From Gammaproteobacteria bacterium (GTDB taxonomy: Bacteria; Pseudomonadota; Gammaproteobacteria; Xanthomonadales; Wenzhouxiangellaceae): DNA of 64,000 bases. The translations under genes were made by a program, and so were the position numbers. The stretch's first letter is position 1, and every line of letters begins with the position of its first letter. A model generated the notes under the pieces. The model had not been told where the DNA came from, searched no databases, and worked only from the letters and a program-made list of their open reading frames with translations. The stretch covers positions 1,503-65,502 of the forward strand of contig PWYW01000035.1 of NCBI GenBank assembly GCA_003567685.1. The letters run 5' to 3'. This document shows positions 28,433 through 37,433 of the stretch, one piece after another.

Positions 28433-31102
28433 CTACTTCAGCGCCTCGAGCTGGTCCAGGCCGAAATCCAGCTCGGGGGAAGGTTGGCCTCGTTCACGTA
28501 ACGGGGCGGGTAGCGCACGCCAGTAATCCAGTAACATCTCAACTTTCTCCCGGCCCTGAGCGGCGACATCGCGCATGGGCACCTGCCGGTCCCGAAGCGG
28601 CCGGATTCGGTCCCGGTGAACCAGCCCGTCTTCACCGCGAAGGGCAGCCCGAACGACAGGGTCATGCCGCGCAACCCCGGGATAATGCAGTTCTGTCGTC
28701 GCCCTCAGCAGGGTGACCCACTCGCTGACCGTTTGCATGGCCCCGGCAAGTGGATCACTACTTCCATTGCTGCTGGCCTGGATAAGCAGACGAGCAATAA
28801 TCTGGCGCTCGCGTTGCTGGGCCAGGCTTTGCAGGCGATCAGCAACCGTCTCAAGCAGCAGATCCGGATCGGGCTCGATCAAGGCTTCGAGTTGGTTGCC
28901 GGTCACGAACCAATCCCGCCATTCAGCGCCGCGATCCCAATTGGCCAGCAGTTCAGCCTCGGGCGTGGTCGGTGCTGCCGCGAAATAGGTCAGCCGGTTA
29001 GGCACCAGGCTGGGCCGCTCATCCGGTAACTGGCTGGCCACCGGTTGGCCGACAAGCTCGCGCGGGCAGGCGCTGTCCAGGACCTCGTCTGACGCTGCGG
29101 CAAACAGATAGTGTTGCGGGGACTGGGCTGTCAATCGATAAGCAAAAACGGTTTCGGTCTCATCGTCGCGCTGGAACTCTCCAAACAGCTCAAACTGCAA
29201 GCGTCCGTGGTAGTTGGCAACGCGAGGATCACCCTGGCGCGCCGCGCGCTGTTCACGCTCAACCCAGGCAACCTCGCCATAACAAAGTGATACCTCGCCC
29301 AGACCCAACTGGTCGGCCAGCAGATATTGACTGGGGAACAACGACAACAATGCCCGGCTGACGCTGAGCGGGGCTCGCGCCCCGCAGGTCTCCCGCTGCG
29401 GACAGGGCGAGACCATCAGCGTTTCCGGGCGGTAGCTGGTCGGTTGGGTCGGGCCCTGGGTCAAGTCCAGGTCGGCCGTGGCCCGCGTATTGTCGGCGAG
29501 GAACTGGGCCTCAGCATCGGCCACGGTGTTGGCCAGTTCTCGATAGGCCTGGTCCAGTTCGGTGAGGATGCGCTCCACGGAATCGGCCCGCTGCCCGCCT
29601 GATTCGAACAGGCATGCCTGCCATTGCTGACGCCGAAGTTCGGCTTGTCGACCAGGCTCCAGCGCATCGGCCAGCCAGTCCTGCCAGCGCTCCGTGGTCA
29701 TGAAGGCTGGACGCTGGGCCGCCCAACGGCCGAGATGATGGCTGAGAAGGCTCCATTCCAGCGTGTTGATCCAGGCAGGTGCCGGACAGTTCAAGGCCAG
29801 TCGCCAGGCCAGGTGCCCATCCAGATAGTTGGCGCGTTGCCAGGCCATGGAAGCCGATTCACGCCTCAGAAACTCTGCGGCAAAGGGCCCGCTGCCGCCG
29901 CCGGTAAGCTCCTCTCGATCGAGAGCTTCGGTCATCAATCCGGTCAATTGCTCAAGGCAACGCTCGAACAGGTCACGCGGTAGAGGACCAACCAGGAGCG
30001 GGTCCGGATAGCATTGCGTCATGAGGTCACGAATGTCCTCGCGGACCGGCTGGTCAAGATAAAAACCGGCGTCCGGAGCGAACAACGCGAGCCGCGCATA
30101 GGCATCGGCCAGCTCGGACAAAGCGGCCGACGATGCGCCATCCTGCTGGGACAGCAAGGCCGCGGCATCTTCAAGTCGCGAGAAAACGGTTGGCAAATCG
30201 CGATCAATCAACTGCAGTTCGGCCCTTGCGTTACCGATCTGGTCAATCAACGTCAGGAACTCGCCAGCCTGGTCGGATGGGTCTGGCTGCAAGGCCAGTC
30301 GCGACAGCCCCTCCAGTAGCAACCAACTGGCCGCCAAAGGTCGCCCCGACAAAGCGTCAAACCGGGCCTGTTCAAGAACAAGCTCGCCAATCAGGCGGGC
30401 ATGATCCGGCTCGTCGTCAATCGCCGCCAATGCCAGCACTCGGGCCTGCTGCGCCTCGCGATACTCAAGCAACCGAGCTTCCTCGAGGCTTTCTGCCGTG
30501 GTGTTCTCGCGCTGACCCTCGTTCAATTCATCTGCCAGGCCGTTATTCGCTGAGACGACCGGCCCACGCCAAGCGTCCAGCGCTTCGCGAACAGCCTCGG
30601 AAGGGTTTTCCACGCCAGCTTCCGCCAACACGTCGAGCAGCGATGACCAGATCCCGACGGACTGTCGACTGGCCAGTGGATAACGGCGGGCCAGACGGGC
30701 GGCCGCATTTTGTTCGCCCGGAAGGGTTGAAATAGCCGACAGCGAAACAAAACCGCTGGGCGGTGGCAGCACCGACAGGTTGTGCTCCCGGCCGTGAACC
30801 AGCCAGGCGAAGAAACCGTCGCTCAATGCAACCTGCTCTGGAGGCACGCGAGCTGCCAAACGCCGAATTTGCCCCAACCGGTGCGCGACCTGGTCCGCCC
30901 AGTCGTCACTTCCAGGTGCGCCCGCATCCAGCCAGGCCGCTACGGCCAGTGTTTCCTGCTGGGCAGCCACTTGCGTATCCGGTTGCCAGTGCCGGGCCAC
31001 CTGCTCGGCAATAAACGCCGAGTCATCGGCGAACGATGCGCAAGGCATCAAGACCATCGCCGTGACCAGAAGGCTCAATCGCATCCATGAGTGTCGATTC
31101 AT
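28433..31102 (-). CDS. Large secreted hypothetical protein (~889 aa), no recognisable domain
   Basis: Uninterrupted ORF. Signal peptide MNRHSWMRLSLLVTAMVLMPCASFA (start at 31102; alternatives at 31156 and 31084). Acidic, Ala/Leu/Trp-rich and helical-looking. No catalytic motif identified. Confidence 0.7.
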   Translation of the reverse strand: MNRHSWMRLSLLVTAMVLMPCASFADDSAFIAEQVARHWQPDTQVAAQQETLAVAAWLDAGAPGSDDWADQVAHRLGQIRRLAARVPPEQVALSDGFFAWLVHGREHNLSVLPPPSGFVSLSAISTLPGEQNAAARLARRYPLASRQSVGIWSSLLDVLAEAGVENPSEAVREALDAWRGPVVSANNGLADELNEGQRENTTAESLEEARLLEYREAQQARVLALAAIDDEPDHARLIGELVLEQARFDALSGRPLAASWLLLEGLSRLALQPDPSDQAGEFLTLIDQIGNARAELQLIDRDLPTVFSRLEDAAALLSQQDGASSAALSELADAYARLALFAPDAGFYLDQPVREDIRDLMTQCYPDPLLVGPLPRDLFERCLEQLTGLMTEALDREELTGGGSGPFAAEFLRRESASMAWQRANYLDGHLAWRLALNCPAPAWINTLEWSLLSHHLGRWAAQRPAFMTTERWQDWLADALEPGRQAELRRQQWQACLFESGGQRADSVERILTELDQAYRELANTVADAEAQFLADNTRATADLDLTQGPTQPTSYRPETLMVSPCPQRETCGARAPLSVSRALLSLFPSQYLLADQLGLGEVSLCYGEVAWVEREQRAARQGDPRVANYHGRLQFELFGEFQRDDETETVFAYRLTAQSPQHYLFAAASDEVLDSACPRELVGQPVASQLPDERPSLVPNRLTYFAAAPTTPEAELLANWDRGAEWRDWFVTGNQLEALIEPDPDLLLETVADRLQSLAQQRERQIIARLLIQASSNGSSDPLAGAMQTVSEWVTLLRATTELHYPGVARHDPVVRAALRGEDGLVHRDRIRPLRDRQVPMRDVAAQGREKVEMLLDYWRALPAPLRERGQPSPELDFGLDQLEALK

Positions 31103-31171
31103 CGCCGCTATACTACCCGCACTTATCCATTCAGCGAAATCAACCGTTTCGTCCAATTAGGGCTCAGCATT

Positions 31172-31660
31172 GTGAAAAAGCTCAACGTTCTCACCACCGG
31201 CGGCACCATCGACAAGATCTACTATGACGACAAGTCGGACTATCAGATCGGTGAGCCTGAAATCGGTCGGATCCTGCGGGCCATGAATGTTGCCTTTGAA
31301 TGGGAGATACGGGCGCTGCTCCGAAAGGACTCGCTGCACCTCAACAGTGACGACCGAAGTCTGATCCGACAAGCCATCCGGGCCAGCGACGATCGTCATT
31401 TTCTGATCACTCACGGAACCGACACCATGACCGAGACCGCCGAGGCATTGGGTGACGTGGGAGAACGAGTGATCGTGATGACCGGCGCACTGAACCCGGC
31501 GCGATTCATCGATTCGGACGCGGTGTTCAACATTGGCTGCGCCGTCGGCGCTGTCCAGGCATTGCCGCCCGGCGTTTGGATTGCCATGAACGGTCGAATC
31601 TGGGACCCGAAGACAGTGCGCAAGAATCGCGAAGCCAATCGCTTCGAAGCCGTCTCCTGA
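31172..31660 (+). CDS. Asparaginase N-terminal-domain-only protein (162 aa)
   Basis: GTG start. LNVLTTGGTIDK (Thr nucleophile motif TGGTI) and LITHGTDTM (second catalytic Thr motif). The ORF ends 4 nt before the convergent gcvT, so there is no room for a C-terminal domain. Confidence 0.7.
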   Translation: MKKLNVLTTGGTIDKIYYDDKSDYQIGEPEIGRILRAMNVAFEWEIRALLRKDSLHLNSDDRSLIRQAIRASDDRHFLITHGTDTMTETAEALGDVGERVIVMTGALNPARFIDSDAVFNIGCAVGAVQALPPGVWIAMNGRIWDPKTVRKNREANRFEAVS

Positions 31661-31664
31661 GCGA

Positions 31665-32738
31665 TCAGATTTTCACGACGCCATTGCGCACGAAGGGCGG
31701 TTTGACCACCCGGGCGGCCAGGCGACGGCCTCTCAGCTCGACCTCCACCTGATCAAAATCCCCGGCCGGAATGCGTGCCAGCGCCACCGGGCATTCGGTG
31801 GTCGGACCAAAGATTCCGCTGGTCACGCGGCCCTCGCCTGCTGGCGTATGGACAACGGCACCTGATCGCGGGATGGCGCCTTTGGCCAGCACGAGGCCTA
31901 TCAGACGCTGCGGCACGCCGGCAGCCTTTTGCGCCTCCAGCGCTGCGCGACCGACGAACTCCCGGTCATCCGGCTCAAATGCGACCGTCCAGCCCAGGTT
32001 CGAAACCAGCGGGCTGGTTTGGGTGTCCATATCCTGCCCGTAAAGATTCAAACCGGCTTCCAGGCGCAAGCTGTCGCGGGCACCCAGGCCACAGGGGCGA
32101 ACCTCGCGCTCGAACAGCGCCTGCCAGAAACCTTCGGCCTGATCATTGGGCAGCAGCACCTCGAAACCGTCTTCACCGGTATAGCCGGTGCGGGCAATGA
32201 ACCACTCGCCGTGACTGATCGCCCGGAAGGGCTTGAGCGCTTCCAGTGCCGGGGCGCGAAGAATGTCGATGACCCGTTCGCGGGCCTTTGGTCCCTGGAC
32301 CGCGATCATGGCCAGATCATCGCGTTCTTCGATGCGCACATCAAAGCCGTCAGCCTGCTCGCGCATCCAGGCCAGATCCACCGCGCGGGTCGCTGCATTG
32401 ACCACCGTTCGGTAAAACTCGTCCTCGATCCAATAGGTAATCAGGTCGTCGATGACACCACCTTCCTGGTTGAGCATGCAGCCGTACAGGGCCTGGCCGT
32501 GTTCGGCCAGTTTGGCAATATCGTTGGCCAGCAGACGGCGCAGATAGTCCCGGGCGCCCGGTCCGTGGACGTCCACCACCGTCATGTGGGATACATCGAA
32601 CATGCCGGCCGAGTCGCGGACCGCGTGGTGTTCTTCCATCTGGGAACCGTAGCTGATTGGCAACTGCCAACCAGCGAACTCCACCATCTTGCCGCCGGCA
32701 GCCAGGTGTGCATCGAACAGGGGGGTCTTTTGAGTCAT
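31665..32738 (-). CDS. gcvT: Glycine cleavage system aminomethyltransferase T
   Basis: TPLFDAHLAAGGKMVEFAGWQLPISYGSQMEEHHAVRDSAGMFDVSHM is the canonical GcvT N-terminus. Confidence 0.95.
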   Translation of the reverse strand: MTQKTPLFDAHLAAGGKMVEFAGWQLPISYGSQMEEHHAVRDSAGMFDVSHMTVVDVHGPGARDYLRRLLANDIAKLAEHGQALYGCMLNQEGGVIDDLITYWIEDEFYRTVVNAATRAVDLAWMREQADGFDVRIEERDDLAMIAVQGPKARERVIDILRAPALEALKPFRAISHGEWFIARTGYTGEDGFEVLLPNDQAEGFWQALFEREVRPCGLGARDSLRLEAGLNLYGQDMDTQTSPLVSNLGWTVAFEPDDREFVGRAALEAQKAAGVPQRLIGLVLAKGAIPRSGAVVHTPAGEGRVTSGIFGPTTECPVALARIPAGDFDQVEVELRGRRLAARVVKPPFVRNGVVKI

Positions 32739-32798
32739 GAGACGCTTGGTAAAAGAAAACGATAGTTTACAGAATGGCAGGGATCGGAATCACCGGGA

Positions 32799-34418
32799 TC
32801 ACTTGACCAGCGTCGCCCGACGAATCAGCACGAATACCGGAATGGCACCGAGAATAACCAGCACCAGCGACGGCAAGGCGGCCAACTCCCATTGGGCCTC
32901 AGCGGTCAATTCGTAGATTCTCACGGCCAGGGTTTCCCAGCCAAAGGGGCGCAGCATCAGCGTGGCTGGCAACTCCTTGGCGATTTCCACCAGCGCCAGC
33001 AAAAAGGCGGTGACCAGCCCCGGCCACAACAGCGGCACATTGACCCGCCACAAGCGCTGCCACTTGGACACCCCCAGGCTTCGCGCCACTTCCAGGTATT
33101 CCGGTCGAATGCGACCGGCCACCCCGTCCAGCGGCCCCCAGGCCACGCGGACAAAGCGAATGAGATACGCCAGAATCAGGGCCAGCAATCCACCGGCCAG
33201 CGCGGTTCCGGCCCACTGGTCAAAACGGATGAAGCTGAGCATGATGGCCACGGCCAGCACGGTGCCGGGAATGGCATAGCCCAATGCCGCCACTTCGCCC
33301 AGCGCCACCCAGCGTCGGGGGGCACGATGGGTTGCCAGCAACAGCAAGATACCGCCCAGCAGAACCGTGAAGGCACCAACCAGGCTCAGGAGCATGGTCG
33401 AGCCAATCACCCGCGGCATGCTGCCGCCGAGGATGTCGGGCAGATTCGGCCAGGCCCAGGCAACCAGCTGAATCAGCGGAATCACTACGGCCAGCAACAC
33501 CAAAAGCACCTGGCTGCCGGTGGCTGCCGCGGCCTGCCAGCCGCGCAGACGGATGCGATGCCCTCCGGAGCGGCGTTCAGTGGCCCGCGGCCGGCTGCTG
33601 CGGCTGAACCGCTCGGCCAGCAACAACACCAGGATGAACAGCATCAAGATCGACGCAAGCTGAACGGCCGCGGTCAAATTGAACAGCCCGTACCAGGTGC
33701 GGAATATCGCCGTGGTGAACGTATCGAACCCGAAGATCGAGACCGCGCCGAAGTCGGCCAGGGTTTCCATCAGGGCCAGAGCCAGACCCGCCACGATGGC
33801 CGGACGGGCAATCGGCAAGGCAACCCGCATGAAGGTGGGTAGCGGGCCCACGCCCAGGCTGCGACCGGCTTCAAACGCGGCCAGACCGCCGCTGATAAAG
33901 GAGGCCCTGGCCAGCAAGTAAACGTAGGGATAAAAAGCCAGAATCAGAATGAACAGCACGCCGGCCGGTTGCGACAAGGCTGTCAGCAGCGCCGGACTGC
34001 TGTCAAACCAGCCACGCCACAGCGTCTGGATCGGGCCGCTGAAGTCCATGACGCCCAGGTAAATGAATGCCAGCACATAGGTCGGGAAGGCCAGCGGCAG
34101 CACCAGCAAAGGGTCCAGCCAGCGCCGTCCAGGGTATTCGCAGCAGGCCGACAACCAGGCCATGGCCACGCCCACCACGGTCACGCCGGCACCGACCACC
34201 AGCAGCAACAACATGGTGTTCCTGACCAGCAGCGGCATCAGGTGAGCGCGTAAATGCTCCCAGGTATCGCTCTGCGGGCTGGCCCAGCTCAGCAGCAGCA
34301 TCAGCAGAGGCAGGCTCACCAGCACCAGCAACGGCAAAAGCGCCCAGCGACGTGCCGGGCGCTTTTTCGAGGTGGCCGAAGGATTTCGGCGCGTCAGATG
34401 CTCAGCGGTAACCGACAC
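32799..34418 (-). CDS. Fe(III)/thiamine-type ABC importer permease (duplicated 2x6 TM, FbpB/ThiP-like)
   Basis: 539 aa with two MetI-like halves, each carrying an EAA-type loop (FEAGRSLGVGPLPTFMRVALP and LEVARSLGVSKWQRLWRVNVP). Confidence 0.85.
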   Translation of the reverse strand: MSVTAEHLTRRNPSATSKKRPARRWALLPLLVLVSLPLLMLLLSWASPQSDTWEHLRAHLMPLLVRNTMLLLLVVGAGVTVVGVAMAWLSACCEYPGRRWLDPLLVLPLAFPTYVLAFIYLGVMDFSGPIQTLWRGWFDSSPALLTALSQPAGVLFILILAFYPYVYLLARASFISGGLAAFEAGRSLGVGPLPTFMRVALPIARPAIVAGLALALMETLADFGAVSIFGFDTFTTAIFRTWYGLFNLTAAVQLASILMLFILVLLLAERFSRSSRPRATERRSGGHRIRLRGWQAAAATGSQVLLVLLAVVIPLIQLVAWAWPNLPDILGGSMPRVIGSTMLLSLVGAFTVLLGGILLLLATHRAPRRWVALGEVAALGYAIPGTVLAVAIMLSFIRFDQWAGTALAGGLLALILAYLIRFVRVAWGPLDGVAGRIRPEYLEVARSLGVSKWQRLWRVNVPLLWPGLVTAFLLALVEIAKELPATLMLRPFGWETLAVRIYELTAEAQWELAALPSLVLVILGAIPVFVLIRRATLVK

Positions 34419-35442
34419 GATCCATCAGCCGCACCGCCTCGGCCTGACGCTCACCGGCCACGGTCAGGGGTGTGGGGTCCGACTCGAAGTCGCCCCAGTC
34501 CTGAACCAGCCCGCGCGCGGGAACCGCCGGGTTGGCCGGAAACTCGAGGTTGCGCTCGGCAAATTCGCCCTGCGCGGCGTCGGACGCCAACCATTCAATC
34601 AAGGCACGCCCGGCGTCGGGACGCGGTGCATGACGGGTCAGGCCGGCCCCCGATACATTGACATGAACGCCGCCCTGGCCCTGGTTGGCCCAGAACAAGT
34701 CCACCGGGTAGTCCGGATCGTCAGCCAGCAGTCGACCGAGATAATAGGTGTTGGCAATGCCGACATCGCACTGACCGGCGGCAATCGCCTGGATCATCTG
34801 CGTGTCAGAGGCAAACGGGTTGGTGGCCAGATTGCTGACCCAGCCTCGGACGATTTCTTCGGTTCGCTCCACGCCATGGGCCTCGATCATGATGGCAACC
34901 AGCGACTGGTTGTAGACCTTGCGCGAGGTACGCAGACACAAACGCCCCGCCCAGCGCGGGTCGGCCAGGTCTTCGTAGGTGGACAACTCGCCAGCATCGA
35001 CACGGTCGGGATGGAACATCAGGGTACGCGCTCGCAGCGAAAGACCAAACCAGCGCCCCTGCTCGTCGCGAAGGGAAGCCGGAATGGCCGACTCCAGCTC
35101 TGGGCTGTCCAACTCGGCCAACAAGCCGCGCTCGGCGGCGAACCACAGGTTGCCGGCATCCACGGTGATGAAAACATCGGCACTGGTGCGAGCGCCTTCA
35201 GCCGCCAGCCGTTCGATCAACGACGCCTCGTTGTCGCTGGTGAACTGAACGGCAATGCCGGTCTCTGCGGTGAATCGATCGAACAAGGGCTCGATCAAAT
35301 GCGGCTGGCGCGAGGTGTAAACCACCACGCGGTCAGCGGCACGCTCATCGCTTGCACCGGCAACATCACGATCCGAGTCGCCATTGCCGCCGCAGGCGAT
35401 CAGCACCAGCACCACTGAAGACACAAGAATGGCTCGAATCAT
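34402..35442 (-). CDS. ABC transporter periplasmic substrate-binding lipoprotein, Fe(III)-type
   Basis: Start at MIRAILVSSVVLVLIACGG (lipobox LIAC), then VVVYTSRQPHLIEPLFDRFTAETGI. The 641-aa track ORF (to 36327) is an antisense-extended artefact. Confidence 0.85.
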   Translation of the reverse strand: MIRAILVSSVVLVLIACGGNGDSDRDVAGASDERAADRVVVYTSRQPHLIEPLFDRFTAETGIAVQFTSDNEASLIERLAAEGARTSADVFITVDAGNLWFAAERGLLAELDSPELESAIPASLRDEQGRWFGLSLRARTLMFHPDRVDAGELSTYEDLADPRWAGRLCLRTSRKVYNQSLVAIMIEAHGVERTEEIVRGWVSNLATNPFASDTQMIQAIAAGQCDVGIANTYYLGRLLADDPDYPVDLFWANQGQGGVHVNVSGAGLTRHAPRPDAGRALIEWLASDAAQGEFAERNLEFPANPAVPARGLVQDWGDFESDPTPLTVAGERQAEAVRLMDRVGYR

Positions 35443-35480
35443 GCAGCTTCTCTCATCAAGACAGAACCATAGTATAACGC

Positions 35481-35494
35481 GAATGATTTGCATT
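35481..35494. promoter_or_regulatory. Possible Fur-box-like element in the divergent promoter region
   Basis: GAATGATTTGCATT compared with the Fur core AATGATAATCATT gives 10/13 matches. It lies about 40 nt upstream of the Fe-type SBP gene start. Confidence 0.3.
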
Positions 35495-35568
35495 AAGGTG
35501 TGATCACCCATCGCCCAGGGTAAAAAGAAATAGACCCAACCGACCCGCCGGCTGGCATCATAAGCACC

Positions 35569-37089
35569 ATGCAATTCATTCGGCAATTCTTCGACACGCT
35601 GACGCATGCGGCGCGCAATTTGCTGCCGATTGTGCTGGTGGTTGCCTTTTTCCAGATTGCTGTTCTGCAACAAACGCCCGACGGGCTGGCCAGCATTGTC
35701 ATCGGCTTGTTGATCGTCGTGTTGGGGGTAGCGCTTTTCTTGCAGGGTCTGGACATGGGGGTTTTCCCCATCGGCAAGAACCTGTCCGATGAGTTTGCCA
35801 GCAAGGGTTCGCTGCCCTGGTTGATGATCTTCGGCTTTTGCATGGGCTTTGGCGCAGTGGTTGCCGAGCCGGCCCTGATTGCCGTGGCCGAGCAGGCCGA
35901 ACTGATCAGCGAAGGCCGGGTTGATCCGCTGATGCTGCGGTTGCTGGTGGCCACCTCCGTCGGCGCCGTGGTCGCGGTCGGTGTGCTCAGGATCATTCTG
36001 GGCCTGCCCCTGCATTGGATGATGATCGGCGGCTACGCCACCGTGGTCCTCGTGACGTTTTTCGCCCCACCGGAAATTGTCGGCCTGGCCTACGACTCCG
36101 GCGGGGTGACTACCAATATCGTGACGGTACCGCTGATTGCCGCGCTGGGCCTGGGCCTGGCAGCCTCGATTCGCGGGCGCAATCCCCTGATCGACGGATT
36201 CGGATTGGTTGCGCTGGCGGTCATGGTGCCGATGATCACCGTTCAGCTTTACGGCATTGTTGTTTTCGGCATGGGTGAGGCGGAGACCCAGGCTGAAACC
36301 GAGCGCGTGGTCGAAGCCGTTGAACAAGCGGCGAGCACCGCTCTACCCGGCACGCTGCCCGCCCTGTTGATGGATCTGGGCAAGATGATTCGCGACGTGC
36401 TCCCGATCATCACCGTCATCCTGATTTTCCAGTTCCTGGTCATTCGCAAGCGTATCCCTCGTCTGCCAATGGTCATCACCGGTTTTGCCCTGGTGATTGT
36501 TGGCCTGTACGCCTTCGTCGTCGGCCTGAAAATGGGGCTGTTCCCGATTGGCGAGAGCATGGCCGAGCAATTGATCGCTCATGACCGCCTGTTTTTTCTC
36601 TACCTGTTCGCCTTTGCCATCGGCTTTGCCACCACCATGGCCGAACCGGCCCTGATTGCCGTGGGCAAGAAAGCCGAGGAAGCCGCCAATGGTCGCATCA
36701 ACGGCCAGGCGATTCGCCTGCTGGTGGCCCTCGGCGTGGCCATTGGCATCACCATCGGCGTGCACCGGATTGTCGCCGGCGACTCGATTCACCTATACAT
36801 CATCGCGGGTTACACACTGGTGATTGCGCTGACCTTCCTCTGCCCGCGCTATATTATTGCCCTGGCCTATGACCTCGGCGGCGTGACCACCTCCGAAGTC
36901 ACCGTGCCGCTGATCACGGCCCTGGGCATTGGACTTGCGACCCATATCGAGGGCCGCAACGTGATGATCGACGGCTTTGGGCTGATTGCCTTCGCCTCGA
37001 TCTTCCCGATCGTCACGGTCATGGTCTACGCCATCGTCGTGGACTGGATGAACCGTGCCAGACATTCGAAACAAGGATCATCGTCATGA
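35569..37089 (+). CDS. Integral membrane protein, tandem (fused) DUF1538 domains
   Basis: 506 aa. Internal duplication is visible: ...FPIGKNLSDEF...AEPALIAVAEQAE...LAYDSGGVTTNIVTVPLIAALGLGLA...IDGFGLVALAVMVPMITV in the first half, and ...FPIGESMAEQL...AEPALIAVGKKAEE...LAYDLGGVTTSEVTVPLITALGIGLA...IDGFGLIAFASIFPIVTV in the second. Confidence 0.75.
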   Translation: MQFIRQFFDTLTHAARNLLPIVLVVAFFQIAVLQQTPDGLASIVIGLLIVVLGVALFLQGLDMGVFPIGKNLSDEFASKGSLPWLMIFGFCMGFGAVVAEPALIAVAEQAELISEGRVDPLMLRLLVATSVGAVVAVGVLRIILGLPLHWMMIGGYATVVLVTFFAPPEIVGLAYDSGGVTTNIVTVPLIAALGLGLAASIRGRNPLIDGFGLVALAVMVPMITVQLYGIVVFGMGEAETQAETERVVEAVEQAASTALPGTLPALLMDLGKMIRDVLPIITVILIFQFLVIRKRIPRLPMVITGFALVIVGLYAFVVGLKMGLFPIGESMAEQLIAHDRLFFLYLFAFAIGFATTMAEPALIAVGKKAEEAANGRINGQAIRLLVALGVAIGITIGVHRIVAGDSIHLYIIAGYTLVIALTFLCPRYIIALAYDLGGVTTSEVTVPLITALGIGLATHIEGRNVMIDGFGLIAFASIFPIVTVMVYAIVVDWMNRARHSKQGSSS

Positions 37090-37433
37090 AATTTTCCGTT
37101 CTGGTTGCCCTGCTTGCCGAGGAGATGGAAGACAAGGCCATCGACGTGGCTCGTGAAGCCGGCGCAGGCGCCGTCACCCTGCTCAATGCCCGAGGCATTA
37201 CCGGCAAGGAAAAGAAGACCTTCTTCGGCCTGACCTACGAAGGCTCGCAGTCAGTCCTGCTGTTTGTACTGGAGAAAAAGCTCTCGCTGCACGTACTCAA
37301 GGCGCTGACCCGCGAACTGGGGCTGGATGACGACCCGCGCGGCGTGGCCTTCACCATTCCGCTGGAACATCTGGGCGGCATCCAGACAACCGAAATCGAC
37401 AAGTTCACTCGCCAAATGGAGGACGAGATCTGA
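37086..37433 (+). CDS. P-II-like signal-transduction protein
   Basis: 115 aa. The beta-alpha-beta-beta-alpha-beta pattern carries a T-loop-like segment NARGITGKEKKTFFGLTYEGS. ATGA overlap with the DUF1538 gene stop. Confidence 0.7.
   Translation: MKFSVLVALLAEEMEDKAIDVAREAGAGAVTLLNARGITGKEKKTFFGLTYEGSQSVLLFVLEKKLSLHVLKALTRELGLDDDPRGVAFTIPLEHLGGIQTTEIDKFTRQMEDEI

Noticed and set aside
32739-32798. Expected glycine riboswitch upstream of gcvT.
   Set aside because: Only 60 nt separate gcvT from the upstream permease stop. I cannot find the conserved glycine-aptamer elements, and there is no room for the ~100-200-nt tandem aptamer.
34402-36327. 641-aa minus-strand ORF. Similar 5'-extended track ORFs occur at 8685, 11620, 21772, 42690, 41813, 52504, 54856 and 60866.
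   Set aside because: Only the distal part matches a real protein family. The upstream parts overlap other genes or lack RBS support. Starts were re-set at internal ATG/GTG codons with canonical N-termini, signal peptides, SD sequences or ATGA coupling.
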